Of a DNA stretch of 64,000 bases, positions 1 to 13,560 are shown piece by piece; within the stretch, counting starts at the first letter, position 1; the number at the start of each line of letters is the position of its first letter. The notes below the pieces were generated by a model. It searched no databases. It saw only the letters and a list, made by a program, of their open reading frames with translations, and had not been told where the DNA came from. The position numbers and the translations under genes were made by a program. The DNA is taken from positions 930,001 to 994,000 of the forward strand of contig JAUFOQ010000006.1 of the NCBI GenBank assembly GCA_040285855.1. Reading direction: 5' to 3'. This stretch comes from Eukaryota sp. GEM-RC1 (lineage: Eukaryota).

Positions 1-510
1 AACACAGTGTCATCATTCTGTCTAGAAATGGAATTAGGATCATTGGATCTTTCTGGATGAGAAGTTCCTCTATCAGTGTCAAGTATTGGGCTATGAAGGT
101 GTCTGTTAAATTCATAGGCATCACAGGCAGGTGTGTTAAATCCAACAACAATCCCTTTCATTCCTCAAATACTGTTAACTGAATATTATTTACATTCAGT
201 GCTGATGTATTTATCACTACAAAATGGTTCTTTCTAGAGCTTATCACAAATGTAGAAGGATGCTTATTTGTGATTGTTGTTGCCACTCACAATTTAAATT
301 GATAAGAAGAAATTTTAAAACGACTTTTTGAGTCACTCATTCAACAGTCCCTTATATGCCAAAAAAATCGGAAAAAAGCTCACACAGTTCACAGAAACGA
401 ATCAATAATGAGAATTTCTCCCAACATCCATAAATCCAATACTGTAATCAAAAGAAACGAAAAAAGAAATTTCTTTAAGAACCAACCGACAGGTTTTTCA
501 AACTTTCGCA

Positions 511-1085
511 TACAACGAGATGTGCTGATTGCCTTTAAGGAAAGTCTTTTAGTGTCAGCTGTTGAACGTTGACTTCTGTCTCAGAATATTTTAAAAATAT
601 GTTTCATTTGAATTTTCCTCATTCTGAAGGAAAGTCTTTCACATACGACCAAGAATTTGCTGAGGTTTCGGTCTAAAATTTTGAAATTTTCAACATTTAC
701 TTGGTAAACATTTTGAACTTAATATTAACAATTTTGGTGATTATTACAAATTGTCAGTCAGAAGGTATGTAGGAAAAGCGAATAAGATGCACTTGAGTAA
801 AGTTGCTGGACAACATCTTGGGGGTAACTGAAGGCTAACTGGCTTAGAGAATACTTTAGAAATGATCTTATGAAGAGGATCGGCTAAAGAAGGAAGTTCA
901 AGGGGGGAGCATAGGGTGAGCACGCTGCCCATGATATTGAGAGTGAGTTCAAAGGGTTGTCCATAACAGTAATCGAGGCGTTGGAAGAGGAGATCCGCAT
1001 TGGGAATGAAAGATGCTAGTTGGGGGAAGTTTACTTCAAAACGATCGGCCATGAGTTTTTGTTTCCAGGACTGAACTGGAAGAAG
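511..1085 (-). pseudogene. BTB/POZ-domain pseudogene (paralog of 3456-4295) with an internal inversion
   Basis: About 790-1085 matches 3721-4015 in the same orientation (IPNADLLFQ..DYCYGQPFELTL). About 511-790 matches 3440-3720 in the opposite orientation. Stops and indels are present. Confidence 0.8.
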
Positions 1086-1974
1086 AGAAATCGACTACGT
1101 TTCAAATACAGAAGAAGAAGCAGTGTTTGTAGTGAAAAAACGGCAAAGAGAGGACATCAAGACAGATGGTAAAGAATTTGAGAGGGTTTCTCCTTTCTAA
1201 CTGTTTGAGGTTTCTGCTATTGACTTCAATCACTGTGACCTCTCTAATGGTGTTTAGTTAATTAATGTTCTTCAAAACGGTCCAAAATTGCTTAATCAAT
1301 CTATCCAGAATTGATTACGTGATTACACCTGCTAAAGTCATTTTCTTCCATCGCCTGCTCAAAATTAGGTTGTAAAGTCTCTGCTGGTCAAACCATCCTG
1401 AACCAAGAGTTCCTCATTGGAGGTACGTTTGACTTTTCTCTTGTTAAATCTACAGGTTTGTGAGATCTGTAGTATAGAGTTATTACCAAGGACTCTTTCC
1501 TAGAGCTGCGACCACTACATTTCTCACAATGTGAATTTAATAATTTAATAGACTTACTCAAAACATTCAAAAAAGATGTTTACACTCTGGTTATTACAGT
1601 GATTTAAGAAGTAGAAATTCTAACTTTTATTCTTTCTTTGAGTAGTATCACGAAGACAAAGCTTCAACAAGATTCGACTATAAGGAATCTTCATTTGATG
1701 ATATTGAGTTTTAGACTATTTATTTCATTATATACATGAAAATTCTGTTCAATGTTTACAACTATATCCATACAGTGTATAGCACGAACTCTAGTACATA
1801 GTTTCCGGTAGAATTTCTCTAAGGGACAATAGAATCAAACCCGAATTAACACAAACTACATCGGCGGAAATTACATTGGTACAACAACTATACTAATGTG
1901 TTTCATAAATCATGTTGGTATAGTGTTGTAAAATATTTTATTAATTTACATGACCTAAATCTCTCACAGGAACA

Positions 1975-4295
1975 TTACAAAATACATCTTAAAAGTTCAA
2001 CTTTCCAGTGCTTATTCCTATGCTTAACTTCCACACCAAAAACCATATCATCAGTCTCTTTAATAATAAAAGTAGTTGTACAGGTAGAAGGCTTGAAGTA
2101 TACATAACCACTAGCAAAAGTGACAGAAATTGATTCACCTTTAGTGATCGGAGGAAATTTTGGTTTTGAAGGGGGAGAAAGAACCAGACCAAAGAGCACC
2201 TTTAGATTCAATAAAGGGCTTTGGGTCTTTAAAAGAACTATGGAGTTTACTCCTCTTTTCCAACCAATTTTTCACTGATTTCAAAAAACCCATATCCAGT
2301 ATCATCCAATTTGGTAAATTTCAGAGAACAACTGTCTGAATGGAAAACTTCTACAAAGATAAAAGTTAATTCAAATAACAACCCTGATGTCTTAAGAAAA
2401 ACAGTATTATTATCATAGAATAGAAAGTCTATTTCACAGTTTTGAGGATTAAATGTACCAACAGCACCTACCAATCTTTGAACTTCTTCTTGTTGTTGTT
2501 GTTCTTCTTCTTCCAATTTCAGCTCATCCATCTCATGCCAATCTATGCCTAATTTACCGCTCAAAATTTCTATTTGTTGTTTTAATTCTTTTAACTCTTT
2601 GTGATGATTATTCAGCGCCTCTAAAGAATGGCCAAACAGATTGACAGTAATACGATCATTGAGTCGCGAATCAGTCAAAAGTTCTGAAAGAATATTTAAA
2701 ATTTCCACACCGTCTGGGCCAGATTTAAAATCATATTTGAAAAACACGTCCTCGAAGTCCTCAACTGACCACAAATTTGTACTTTGTCACGATTGAAGAA
2801 GGCATTTGACTAGAAACAGATCATAAGAAGTCGGTAGCATAGATTTCAAAGTTTCCAAAATTTGAGGACTAAGATAGGGATAAGTATTGATATTAAATAA
2901 GTCTTTTTCTTCAATAACCACCGGAAAAATCTCAACAGAAAAGTTTATATTTATAATTTTCATGTCACACTCATGGAGACACCATTGAGACAATCCCCAC
3001 AAAAACCATTCATCAGGAATAGTGGTAACATCATTAATTCCTGGGAAGACTGTGTTTATCGTCCAGCTTAATAGAAATTCATGTAGGTAGTGATGATTAA
3101 ACAAAGGGTTTAAAGATCTGTAAATATAATAAATATTTTGATCTGTAACAACAATTTTTCAAATATTTGTGTTAAAGTGAAATATTCATCATGGAAAACC
3201 TGGGAATTGACAGACAAAGTTAAACAATTCAACAACCATTGGTTATGAACTTCTTCAATAAAAGTGATATAAACCGTAAAGGTAAAGGAAAAATAGATTT
3301 ATCAATAGCATTGGTGTTGAGTTTAACAAAAGATTGCAAATTTTGATTTAAAAAATTGTAAAGATTTCGTTCGGAAATAGTTGTCAGCAATAAAAGAATA
3401 TCTTTAGAAGACGAAAGCGTAGAAACAAATGAATTACAGGCTTGTTTAACTTTCTCTACTTGAAAAAGACTGACAGTTGATAAAAATCAACAACATTGTT
3501 AACGTCAAGGGCAAAAGATTTACCATGAAAGTAATCGAAGAAAATTTCAAAATTTGAGACCGTAACCTCAGCAAATTCTTGGTCGTATGTGAAAGCCTTT
3601 TCTTCAGAATGAGAAAAATTCAAATGAAACAGATTCTTAAAATATTCTGAGACAGAAATCAACGTTAAAGAGCTGACACTAAAAGACTTTTTCTTATAGG
3701 CAATCACCACGTCTGGTTGTACACTTGAGTAAAGTTGTTGGACAACATCTTGAGGCTTCAACTGAAGGCTAACTGGCTTAGAGAATCCTTCAGAACTGAT
3801 CTTATGAAGAGGATCGGCTAAAGAGGGAAGTTCAAGGGTGGAGCATAAGGTAAGCACGCTGCCCATGTTATTGAGAGTGAGTTCGAAGGGTTGTCCATAG
3901 CAGTAATCGAAGATTTGGAAAAGGAGATCGGCATTGGGAATGATAGAGTCTCGTTCAGAGAAGTTTACTTCAGAACCATCGTCCAAGAGTTTTTGTTTCA
4001 GGACTGAACTGAAAGAAGAGAGAAAAGCAGAATGACATGGATAAGATTGACCATCGAAGACAATGAGCTTGTCCGTGAGAACTTCACTTTGCTTATTAAG
4101 GAGGAGTTGTGACACGATATCTGTGGGATTTGATGTAACATGAGAGATCACCTGGTTTTCAGATTGATTAGCAGTAACCCCGATTGAAACAAAGCATATC
4201 AACGCTAGGACTAGCAGTATAGAATGCATTTTGGACGTTGAGAGAGGAAATTTGAACCTGCATTGTGACCTTGTACTAGAACATGTCCCCTCCAA
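1975..4295 (-). pseudogene. Tandem BTB/POZ (BACK-like) domain gene, fragmented
   Basis: ORF 3456-4295 has two BTB-like repeats (CHSAFLSSFSSVL; SLTLISVSEYFKNLF). Coding continues after a -1 shift (VFFQVEKVKQAC). ORFs 2787-3104 and 2247-2774 are in one frame, separated by an in-frame TGA. Confidence 0.7.
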
Positions 4296-4628
4296 TTATA
4301 ACGTGTTTGTCTTTTGCATCATAGAGTTTGGACACATGGCACACAAGGGACTGTGAATAAACTTTCATTAACTCAGCGAGTTTATAATATCGAAATGCAC
4401 ATATATGCACGTAGTCTTGGTTTGTAATACAAAGCAAATCGGAAAACAGACGACAGTTTTTTGTACCAAATAGATCTCTTTTCGAATCAAACCTTCGAAG
4501 AACTGAAATTTGAAATTTAAAAGATAGAATGAAAACAATGAAACGTTAATGAAATGACAAGTTCAGCTTGACTTAGTTTTTTTTGGAGAATAAGAATCAG
4601 AGGCTTTTATGTCAGTGATTATTCTTAC

Positions 4629-6518
4629 TCAGTCAATACTAACTGAACATCCATCGTCGTCCATTGTGACACAGTCCATAAGTAAAATTTCAGGAGACTT
4701 TGTCTTTTTTAAATATTTCATCAACACTGCATGGGCTTTGTCATCAAAATAACAACCATTGAGAACAACTAACTTCAAAGAATTCTTTGAAAGGAAATCA
4801 ATCAATTGAGAAACCCGCTTGGTGTTGAAATGGCAATACCTGATTGATTGTCCACAAATATCGACAGAAACAGACTGTTGTCTGAAATAATCACATTCAG
4901 AAACATTGGATTGCCAATCAAAAGTAAAGTAAGATTTCTCTAAAAAGTCAAGAAACATAGGTGACAGATTGAACTGAATTACCGACTTTTTCAAAAAGTA
5001 GATTTTGTATAAAGTAAAAAGGCTTTTAATTCCAATGTTTCTCACACCAAATGATTCAACCCGTTCGATTGGAATCTTTTTCCTCAAAGCCTTTAAAAGG
5101 GCAACTAAATCGGAATTAGTAAGTCTATTTTGAAAACGAATAAGTCCACGTGATGTGTCAATGGAATGTCCACCAAAACCGACAGAAAATTTTAGCATTG
5201 GTGATAATTTGAATTTGTTAACAGTTTGACTTTCAAATACTGCAATAAGACAACTCAAATTCATTGAACGAAAACTGCATGAAACTAATCGCAGAGTTGA
5301 ATTCAATTCAAGTCCTTTCAATAAATTCTTAAATTGAACTGGACTCGAAATTAGACCATCAAAATTTAAAGCACGCAAGCCAGTATTTGACTGTAGCATC
5401 GTGACTAACAACTGCGATTCCTGATTAGTCAGTGGTTTCTTAGGATCGGAAATAACTAACTCTTTGAGAGAAAAATTAAAGTCCAAAGTTTTGAATAATT
5501 CTGTAAAAAGAAGTGAACAATCGTATAGCTCCAGTTTTTGAAGAAATGAATTGACTTGCAGAACTTCCGAAACTCCACCAGTCAAAAGATCGGTGTTTAG
5601 AAATGAAATTTCCCTCAAACAGGAATTGAACTTAAGAGCATCACAAAATGAAGAATCAACATGAAACTCTGGTAACCCCAATATTTGAAGATTGTCACTA
5701 GAAAGAAGTGGAATGACCTCATCTGAATTTAAATTTGAAAGAAAATAATGGGATAATTCAACATCAACAACGGTACTATTGGCAATTGCAACAAACAGAA
5801 CTTTCGTTGCCTCACTCATCTGTAAAATAAGGTGGTACTCAACAGGATCACTGGTAAAACAAACTTTCTTTAAAACCTTGTTGAATGACAATGCTTCTGC
5901 AAAATCAACGGCTTTGTTTAAAGACAATACTCCTAAATCTATGGTTAAATCTTCAACAGTTATGTGGTGTTTCAAGAATTCACACAACAAATCAAAATTT
6001 GAATCAGAAAAGGCATATAAAAGAAGATTTTTAAGACATGGAAAACAAGTGTGGTGCAGATTGTCAAAGAGTGTGGTGGAACTCAGCTCTAAGTGTAATC
6101 CATGAATGACAGATGTCCAACTTCTAATTTCCTCAAAGTTGAAAGACCGATATGTGTCCAAGAAAACAGAGGTGATTCTAGCATTGAAATGGGAGGAAAT
6201 AGAAGTGAGCCGAGTGAGTCTTGAGGGTTTAAGATCACATGGATTGGATTCTAGGAAGATTCTGACAGCTTGAGAAGTGGACTCAAGGAAGTGGTGGCTG
6301 ACGTAACCGACTTTCTCAAAGAACTTTGGAAGCACCGATACTAGATCAGTCAATTCAAAGGAGGAAAACTTGTTATAAGATGACATGGAAAGGAATTTGA
6401 GTAGATGAACATTAATAAGAGTCAACAAAGACTGCTGGAAGAAGACATGTTTGGAAGCAGAGGTACTGAAGGAAGAGATGGGGTGACAGGGTGTTTTGAC
6501 ATCTGGTTGATTTGACAT
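4629..6518 (-). CDS. Leucine-rich repeat protein (RNI-like)
   Basis: 629-aa ORF with repeated L..N..L..L.L motifs (ALKFNSCLREISF, VLQVNSFLQKLEL, MLQSNTGLRALNF). Confidence 0.8.
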   Translation of the reverse strand: MSNQPDVKTPCHPISSFSTSASKHVFFQQSLLTLINVHLLKFLSMSSYNKFSSFELTDLVSVLPKFFEKVGYVSHHFLESTSQAVRIFLESNPCDLKPSRLTRLTSISSHFNARITSVFLDTYRSFNFEEIRSWTSVIHGLHLELSSTTLFDNLHHTCFPCLKNLLLYAFSDSNFDLLCEFLKHHITVEDLTIDLGVLSLNKAVDFAEALSFNKVLKKVCFTSDPVEYHLILQMSEATKVLFVAIANSTVVDVELSHYFLSNLNSDEVIPLLSSDNLQILGLPEFHVDSSFCDALKFNSCLREISFLNTDLLTGGVSEVLQVNSFLQKLELYDCSLLFTELFKTLDFNFSLKELVISDPKKPLTNQESQLLVTMLQSNTGLRALNFDGLISSPVQFKNLLKGLELNSTLRLVSCSFRSMNLSCLIAVFESQTVNKFKLSPMLKFSVGFGGHSIDTSRGLIRFQNRLTNSDLVALLKALRKKIPIERVESFGVRNIGIKSLFTLYKIYFLKKSVIQFNLSPMFLDFLEKSYFTFDWQSNVSECDYFRQQSVSVDICGQSIRYCHFNTKRVSQLIDFLSKNSLKLVVLNGCYFDDKAHAVLMKYLKKTKSPEILLMDCVTMDDDGCSVSID

Positions 6519-7142
6519 CAGTGATTGAAATATCTATTATTGTGGATGTACAAAGTCTTTAGACGCTATTTACACACATTCCATGCGAAGCAGTATATGT
6601 AGCAACTGCACAAAAGCTAGAACAAGTATCATAGCTCTGCTAGTCCAGGTGGTGTCCGTAAAATGTGTTAAGAAGAATAACTGTTTCTTCACAAATTAAA
6701 ATAGGTATAACAGGTATTAATTGAGAAAGATCTAATGGTGATGCTATCCAGAGATGCTAAAAAATATATTCGTAATTTACTTATTGCAATAAATATTATA
6801 TATTGATGTATTGTCCAAAGCACGGGCAATAAATACATATATCATATAATATTTTATCACATTTGAGAATACCAATATTTTTATTACGGTTTTGACAAAT
6901 AACAATACATTTGTTGACAACCCACAAAATGATATATTTATTTATACAGAATTTTCAACATGCCTGATGCTATCTAACAATTATGAGGACAAAGCTGTTG
7001 TAAGATTTCATAGCGACGGGTGTTGTTTTAATGATATCAAATTTTATTTGTTTAAACGATTACATTTAGAATAAATTAAATGGTACACAAACACGTAACC
7101 TAAGAAAACACAAGAAAATAGTTCTTCAGAAACTGTTGTATG

Positions 7143-7798
7143 CAGGCCCTCTCATAAGATAATTTAAAATAATTTGAACATCAAAAAGTGCCAAAAATAA
7201 ATGTGGAATAAATATAATTAAAACAAAATAAAACCCAAATAAAAACCAAATATTTTACTAGTTCAGTTTGTCTCAGTCACTATCGATGATTACACAATCC
7301 ATTTGATCATCCCTTTCTTGTCGAAAATGGTTAGTTGACTTTCTGCTTCGTATAATTGCTCTGACTGTGTCGCCACCACCTGTGGGTCTTCAACATTAGT
7401 TCGAAGTTCAGCATCGTGGACGACCATTAGAATCGTTCACTGATCATACGTCCGGATATAGTTGTGGGATTGGCTTAGAACACAAGTAAAGGCTCGTCTG
7501 CATCGGTTAGGTTCGACATAGAAATGGCAAAGTTTGAGGAAAAATGAGTTGACTTTGATTCTGGGCTGAGCTTGAGTATTTCACACATCATGTTTCAAGT
7601 CAATCAACAACCTTGAGCACTAAATTAATTCATGTATTATAGAGATCATGAAGTTTACTTTCCGATATTTTATTTATATTTATTTATATACTTTTTTATT
7701 TTGTTTTATTTGCATGATCGCCAAAAAGGCTCAAAAATAAATATAAATAAAAATAAATAAAAATAAATAGAATTTATATTTATTTGTGAGGGGCCCTG
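7143..7798. mobile_element. Non-autonomous hAT-like element (MITE)
   Basis: Imperfect TIRs CAGGCCCTCTCA...TGAGGGGCCCTG, flanked by 8-bp direct repeat GTTGTATG (7135-7142 and 7799-7806). AT-rich subterminal repeats. Confidence 0.8.
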
Positions 7799-7861
7799 GT
7801 TGTATGAGACTTCTGTAATTCTCCTGTTCTGTTTTCCACATTAAACTACAAGTTCATTTTC

Positions 7862-8725
7862 ATGTCTTCCTTAGAGTTTCAGGAGACAACTGCTAAGGAA
7901 TGTGGATGTCCTAAAAGTCTAAGTTTCTGTTGGCATCAATGTGCATCTTATTCCATTGTCTTTCAACTGTGAACCCAATGATTACCTTACGCTATTGAGA
8001 TCCGGTGTACATTCTCCTCACGATCTTGCTTTTCTCCCTCTGTTTATCTTCCATAAGCTGCCTGTTTTCCACCAGCTCTCATCTTCACATTTGGCCTACG
8101 CCTTGAAACTACCAGGTAGAATTATAAATGGATCTCATATAACCTTTCGTTCTCTTCAAAAAAGTGTTTTCCTGGCTTCTTTTCTCGAACACTTTCTAAA
8201 CTGTTTTGTTCAAATTATTGTCCTCCTGATTTCGGACATAGTCCTTCATCGTCCAAAGGAAATTACCAGACACACTCAGTTGCTGATTTCTTACAGAGGA
8301 TCTCCAATCGTGATCCTGTCAAACTCATTTCATCAGCAATGATCCTCCGCTGGTTCTTTCCGTCACATGACTTTACAGTTCCTCCTAATCCTTCGCCCGC
8401 GGAAAAGTCCTCAATTGATTTGATCTTGAGGACAGTCAGGCGAACAAATCATTTCAACTACCAAGGCCGCATGCTTACTTTTATCAGTGCGTTTAATACA
8501 CTTATTGAAGAATCATTAGTAAATAAGAAGATCAATTGTGATCTTTCTGATGACCTTAAAAAGCATTATGACTATGTTGTCCAGAATTATCAAACCAAGT
8601 CATTCATGCAACAATTTTGTAAGATTATGAAAACGTTCTTTGAAATTCATGACTATGAGGCATGGATTAACTCGGATGCATTTAAGTTTATGAAACAAAC
8701 ATATGAGTTAATTGTGATGTCATAA
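7862..8725 (+). CDS. Hypothetical protein, fragmented across frames
   Basis: Overlapping ORFs 7941-8342 and 8339-8725 with protein-like composition. No family recognised. Confidence 0.35.
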
Positions 8726-10163
8726 TATTAGGTTTTAACCTTGTCATTTATTAATTGTTCGTAAATCTTTGTGAATCAGAGCCGTTTGTAATTCAGTATA
8801 ATTACTAAACTTGTATATTTTAAGATCGTTATATGACACTTTAATTCAACTCTACATGTACGTGAGGATTCTCAATCACATTTTGGAATTTTGGGGTTCA
8901 TAGTACTTGTTCTAAACTGCGTAGATCTACAGGTTCTTCTCCAAATTACCCTGTTGCTGTTAACAATGTTGCTATAAAAATTCACAGGAGGTTTTAGTTT
9001 AGGAGACTCCTAATAGTGAGAGGAAAATGTGGAACTCCAAATTCAAAAATGATTTATTTCCACTTAGTAGGAGTTTGAACTGGATTATCTTGCATCACGA
9101 AACAATGGATGGATCAAGAACAGACTCTTTTTGTATGTTGTAGGTGCTATATATAACCAAACCTGCGAGTTTCATTTTTAGACTTTTTAGAAAAAATACA
9201 GAAAATACAGATACACAGTGGAAAAAAAATACAAACAAAAAATACATGTACATTGTATTTGTATTTTCCAGGTATGCAAATAACAATTCATTGAAGAGAT
9301 GAAAACTTCAGCGAGAATAGGTATCAGATAAATCAGCAATGTATCCGTTCCACACCACTGATCGCGACATTTCAGAATCAACTAATAGAGTAAGCTAAGT
9401 GAAACATATTGAAATTGTTAAAAAAATTGGCTGGATAGAAGTGATGTTTCAGCTATATCCATAAGCCAACATTAAAATGTAGGCAAATGCCAACCAAGGT
9501 GATGAACTCATGAAGAGTTGTTGTCGATGGTTTCTCAGCATACATTGGTTTACGAAAAGTGGACATACACACCAAGAAATAGGGTTTTACATTGTAGAAT
9601 ATGTAGGTATTGTCACCAGATTTGATGATTAAACGAAGAAGGACTCAATAACAACGATTTATGGCTACGTTTGATTCAACTCAAAAGGGAGCTGCGAACT
9701 GCTGGAGTTTAGTTCAGATTTTGGAGATGATCTTGTCAATACAGAAAGAAGTGGCGTATTTGATTGTTCATAAGTGTGAGATGAATGAGTTGAACTTACA
9801 TTATCAGAGGCACGCAAAAGAATAGCACAGGTACTGGTGTGTGTCTATCATTCTCTGAAAATGAAGTTGTAAGAAATTTCGTCAACCACTGAGCTAGAAT
9901 TACATTATTGAAATATTGAAAAAATAGGGAATGTTAGATATATTGAAAAATGAATAAGTGAAACCAGTCTTTAACCATAGAGATTTAAAACAATGAATCA
10001 CAATAGTCGATATCAAGAGCACTTTCTTAGCAATAGCTCGGTGCCATTAACCAGACACATTGTAAAATAGAAGCAGAGATACTCCTCAGAGAGTGAGATT
10101 CGGAGTGCCACTGTATCTTCTCATAGACAATTTCAAATTTAAATTTTGCATTATTTTCAGGCA

Positions 10164-11329
10164 ATGGACATCTTCACCTTATACACACCAGTTGATGGTT
10201 GTGAACTAGCAAAATATTCTCGACCGCATGTGAAAATTACAAAAGCACTGAACAAACTGACTGGAAACTACGCCGTCCTCAAGAAATACACACCAACCGA
10301 AGCTCAACACAGAAACGAGGTTGTGAGAGAACGATTCTTCCTCAATTCCACTCCGCAACATCCAAATGTTATCCGCTACTATGCTTTCGACGACAACCCA
10401 GAATCAGACGAAACAACAATTTTGATGGATTATGTTTGTGGAGGAGATCTTCATAATCACATCCATGGTAAGAAAGGAAATCTACATAACACAGGGCAAA
10501 CCTATTCCGGGGAGGAACTGTGGAAGCGTGTCGCTCAACTCATCAACATCGTGGACTTTCTACATGAAACACTTCACATCTGCCATCGTGACCTCAAAAC
10601 TCAAAACATCTTGCTGGACGAAAATGGTGACTTTGTGGTGATGGACTTTGGTCACGTCCGCAATATTGATGGAACAGAATTCGAAACTAAAGGTCTCGGA
10701 TCACTTCTATACAATCCTCGAGAGATGCAAAGAGGCAGTACTGAACCTTCTCATGACATTTCGACTGACTACTTCAAACTGGGAGTAATGCTGTACGAAT
10801 TGATCATTGGACGGTGGCCATTTATTCCTAAGGATTTGAACAAGAAACTCAGAGTACTCGAAAAGAAATAGGTGAGTTGTAGGTAGGTCCTCCTCCTGAT
10901 TGCTCTGGTTTGTCTCCTAGCTTAGCAGGCTATGTGGAAGGATTATTAACCCAGCAGCGAGAATCAAGACGTATAAGCTATGGTCAATTGCTGAACGACA
11001 ACTACATTCGCGAACAAAGAGACCATTTTCAACCTCAAAGACCAAGATTTGTCAAAATTGCTCCATGGTCAGATTGTGACTACCTCATTGTTTCTGACAA
11101 GGCTCCATCAGAACTTCTGGAAGAGGTTGGTTGTCTAAGTGAGAAAGCTCAAGTGTTGAGGGTTAACTGTGATAGTCTTTGTTTGTGTGCTGAAACTGCC
11201 AATGCATTTGTTCAACACTTAATGGAATTTATCATTCCTGGAAGTCAAGTCAACACAAATGTTGTTTTTCAAATGGATAACGAAGAGTTAAATGATATAT
11301 TGTATGATTGCTGGTTTGACATTATCTAA
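10164..11329 (+). CDS. Ser/Thr protein kinase, interrupted near 10870
   Basis: AVLKK, HPNVIRYY, GGDL, HRDLKTQNILL, DFG, YNPRE and DYFKLGVMLYEL motifs. The C-lobe continues in ORF 10910-11329. Confidence 0.85.
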
Positions 11330-12628
11330 TTCATTAAATTTTAAAAAAAGATTTTAGATACGAAGGACAAAATAAATTATGAAAATGAAATCTTTCTTCT
11401 TCACAACACTGGGCACTGAAAGTTGCTGATCACCTCGATGCTTCGTCACATTTCCTATACACATAGATAATATGCTTAATAAATTTGAGTGTTGGTCATA
11501 GCAAATTTGCCAAATTGATAAGCTGGATCTCCACCAACTTGAGACTTAAAAATAGACTTAAAATCAAATTAGAACTGAGACGTCATTTCACAAACAGTGC
11601 ACTACCAATAAGAAATGGCAGATGGAATAAATACAACTTCGAAAATTTGAATATCGATTGAAACTTTTATTGAGCTTAGCTACACACAAATTTAACCTAC
11701 GATGTTCGGCTGTTTCTAAGTGGTTAAAACATCTTGAAGTAAAGATGTTTCAAAATTTACAATCATTACTGGCAAACACCTGTAGATATGCATATGTGCA
11801 CATAGCTAACTACAATAATGACTAGTAACTTCTTTCATATTCTGAGTTACAGTATGCATTAATTTATTGTTGCAAATACACTCTTGATTATTTTTGTGCA
11901 TATAGTATTAATAATTGTATTGAATATTAAAATGGTCTTTTCTTGAAATTGAGTGTTTCGATCAAAAATCTGACAATTCTTCAATACAAAAACTGGAAAC
12001 ATGTTTTTGCCAAGTTGCAGTTTGCTACTATAATACAACACTATAAAATACTGATTTTACTTACATAGACAATACCAAGCATATAACAAGCAGTAACAAC
12101 ATGAGACTAAGTTTTTGTGTTACAATTTTTTCTGCAACTTTAAGCCTCCATAAATCGTCATACCAACCCAAAAGTCTAAGATATCATTCAATTAACTCCG
12201 CACACAATCCGTGTAATTAATTCTAAATTGTTAAACATGTATTGTTAAAAAATTCAGTGGTTTAACAGAATGAAAACTTGTTTTTGCAAACAGTATAGAT
12301 GAAAGGGAAAGAACCAACTACATGTAACAGAACAAATCGGAATTGGTAGAGATATCAATTGTTTTAATTCCATTTCAATACTATAGTTTATATCCCAAGA
12401 GGTTGTCTTGTTCACTTCAAAAACTACCTCGTTTAATAGCAATCTCCAGCTTTTGAAGAGAAAAACTTGTTAACTCTCATTTTTGTCAGTGAGAAGAATA
12501 CAACTTTACACCGTTACACTGAATTAATTAAATTAACTAATTACATAAGTCAAACTGAACATTGTAGAATCAACACTAATCAATTCTATGCCACTCCATT
12601 AAAAACATTTTGGCATTATTTTCATCTC

Positions 12629-13560
12629 ATGTTATACTATAGACGACGTGGGTACCGCAGACGACGTACCGGCTATCGATCACGTTACAGACGACGCAGA
12701 GGACGAGGTAGTGAAATTTGCAAACCAATAATCAGATGTCAAGCCTTTCACTCTTATCTTGTGATTGCGATTAGTTGATTGTACTGGGAAACAAAGAAGA
12801 ACGTTAGCTGTGCCTGCATTGTCATTGTAGTTTGTCATCAAGACATGGTTTAGCATTCAACATGTTGTGTCAGATCGTGTTTTACAAGTATTGTCTAAAT
12901 TGACCATTCGAGGTGCTTTGGATACGTTGACCTGTTTCAGTAGTAATATGATTGTTCTAACTATTATTGTAGACACCACATGATGATTAGGCAATTAACA
13001 GGAGAAGAATCTTGGAAGCGATATTAAAGAAATTAGATAACTTTTTTTGTGTTTTAAACAGGAATTTCCAGTGTAACGACAGAGTCTGTGGAGTCCAACG
13101 ATTACGAATATAGTCGTAACTAAATGACACTGTTTTGGTGATATTTGATAAGCAACATTTTGTAGTCACAGGTCATATAGGTTTCGAAATCCACCCAAAA
13201 TCTTCGTGTATGTCAACATGACCACTCCGAGGAGATCTATAATACCACTGTGAACTCTTCATTTGTCAATAATTATTTTTCAATCATCTTCAGTTTAGTT
13301 GATCACTGAAATCGTTTTGTAGTGTTATGTAAAAATTTGCATTTATAGTAGAATCTGATATTGTGATTGAAGCGTATTTGGGACTGACAAATATCTACAG
13401 AAAATAGAATAACCAAGTTACAAATTGCAAGATAATTCTTACATGTATAGGAAGCTCCACAACTGGTAGAAGTTGTGAAATGCAACTTGAAACATTTGAA
13501 CCAAACAATGTGTATATGTATGAAACTTAGAGTAAGATTACGAATTAACAAAACATTGCA
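12629..13560 (+). pseudogene. Decayed CRESS-DNA-virus-like capsid gene (candidate endogenous viral element)
   Basis: Arg-rich N-terminus MLYYRRRGYRRRRTGYRSRYRRRR. Downstream fragments VLVIFDKQ (13132-13155), TPEEIY and DH*NRFVVL (13301-13327) occur in the order seen in gemini-like jelly-roll capsids. Many stops. Confidence 0.5.

Noticed and set aside
9560..9780. Possible SET-domain relic (FYIVEYVGIV)
   Set aside because: A single short motif among many stops is insufficient support.
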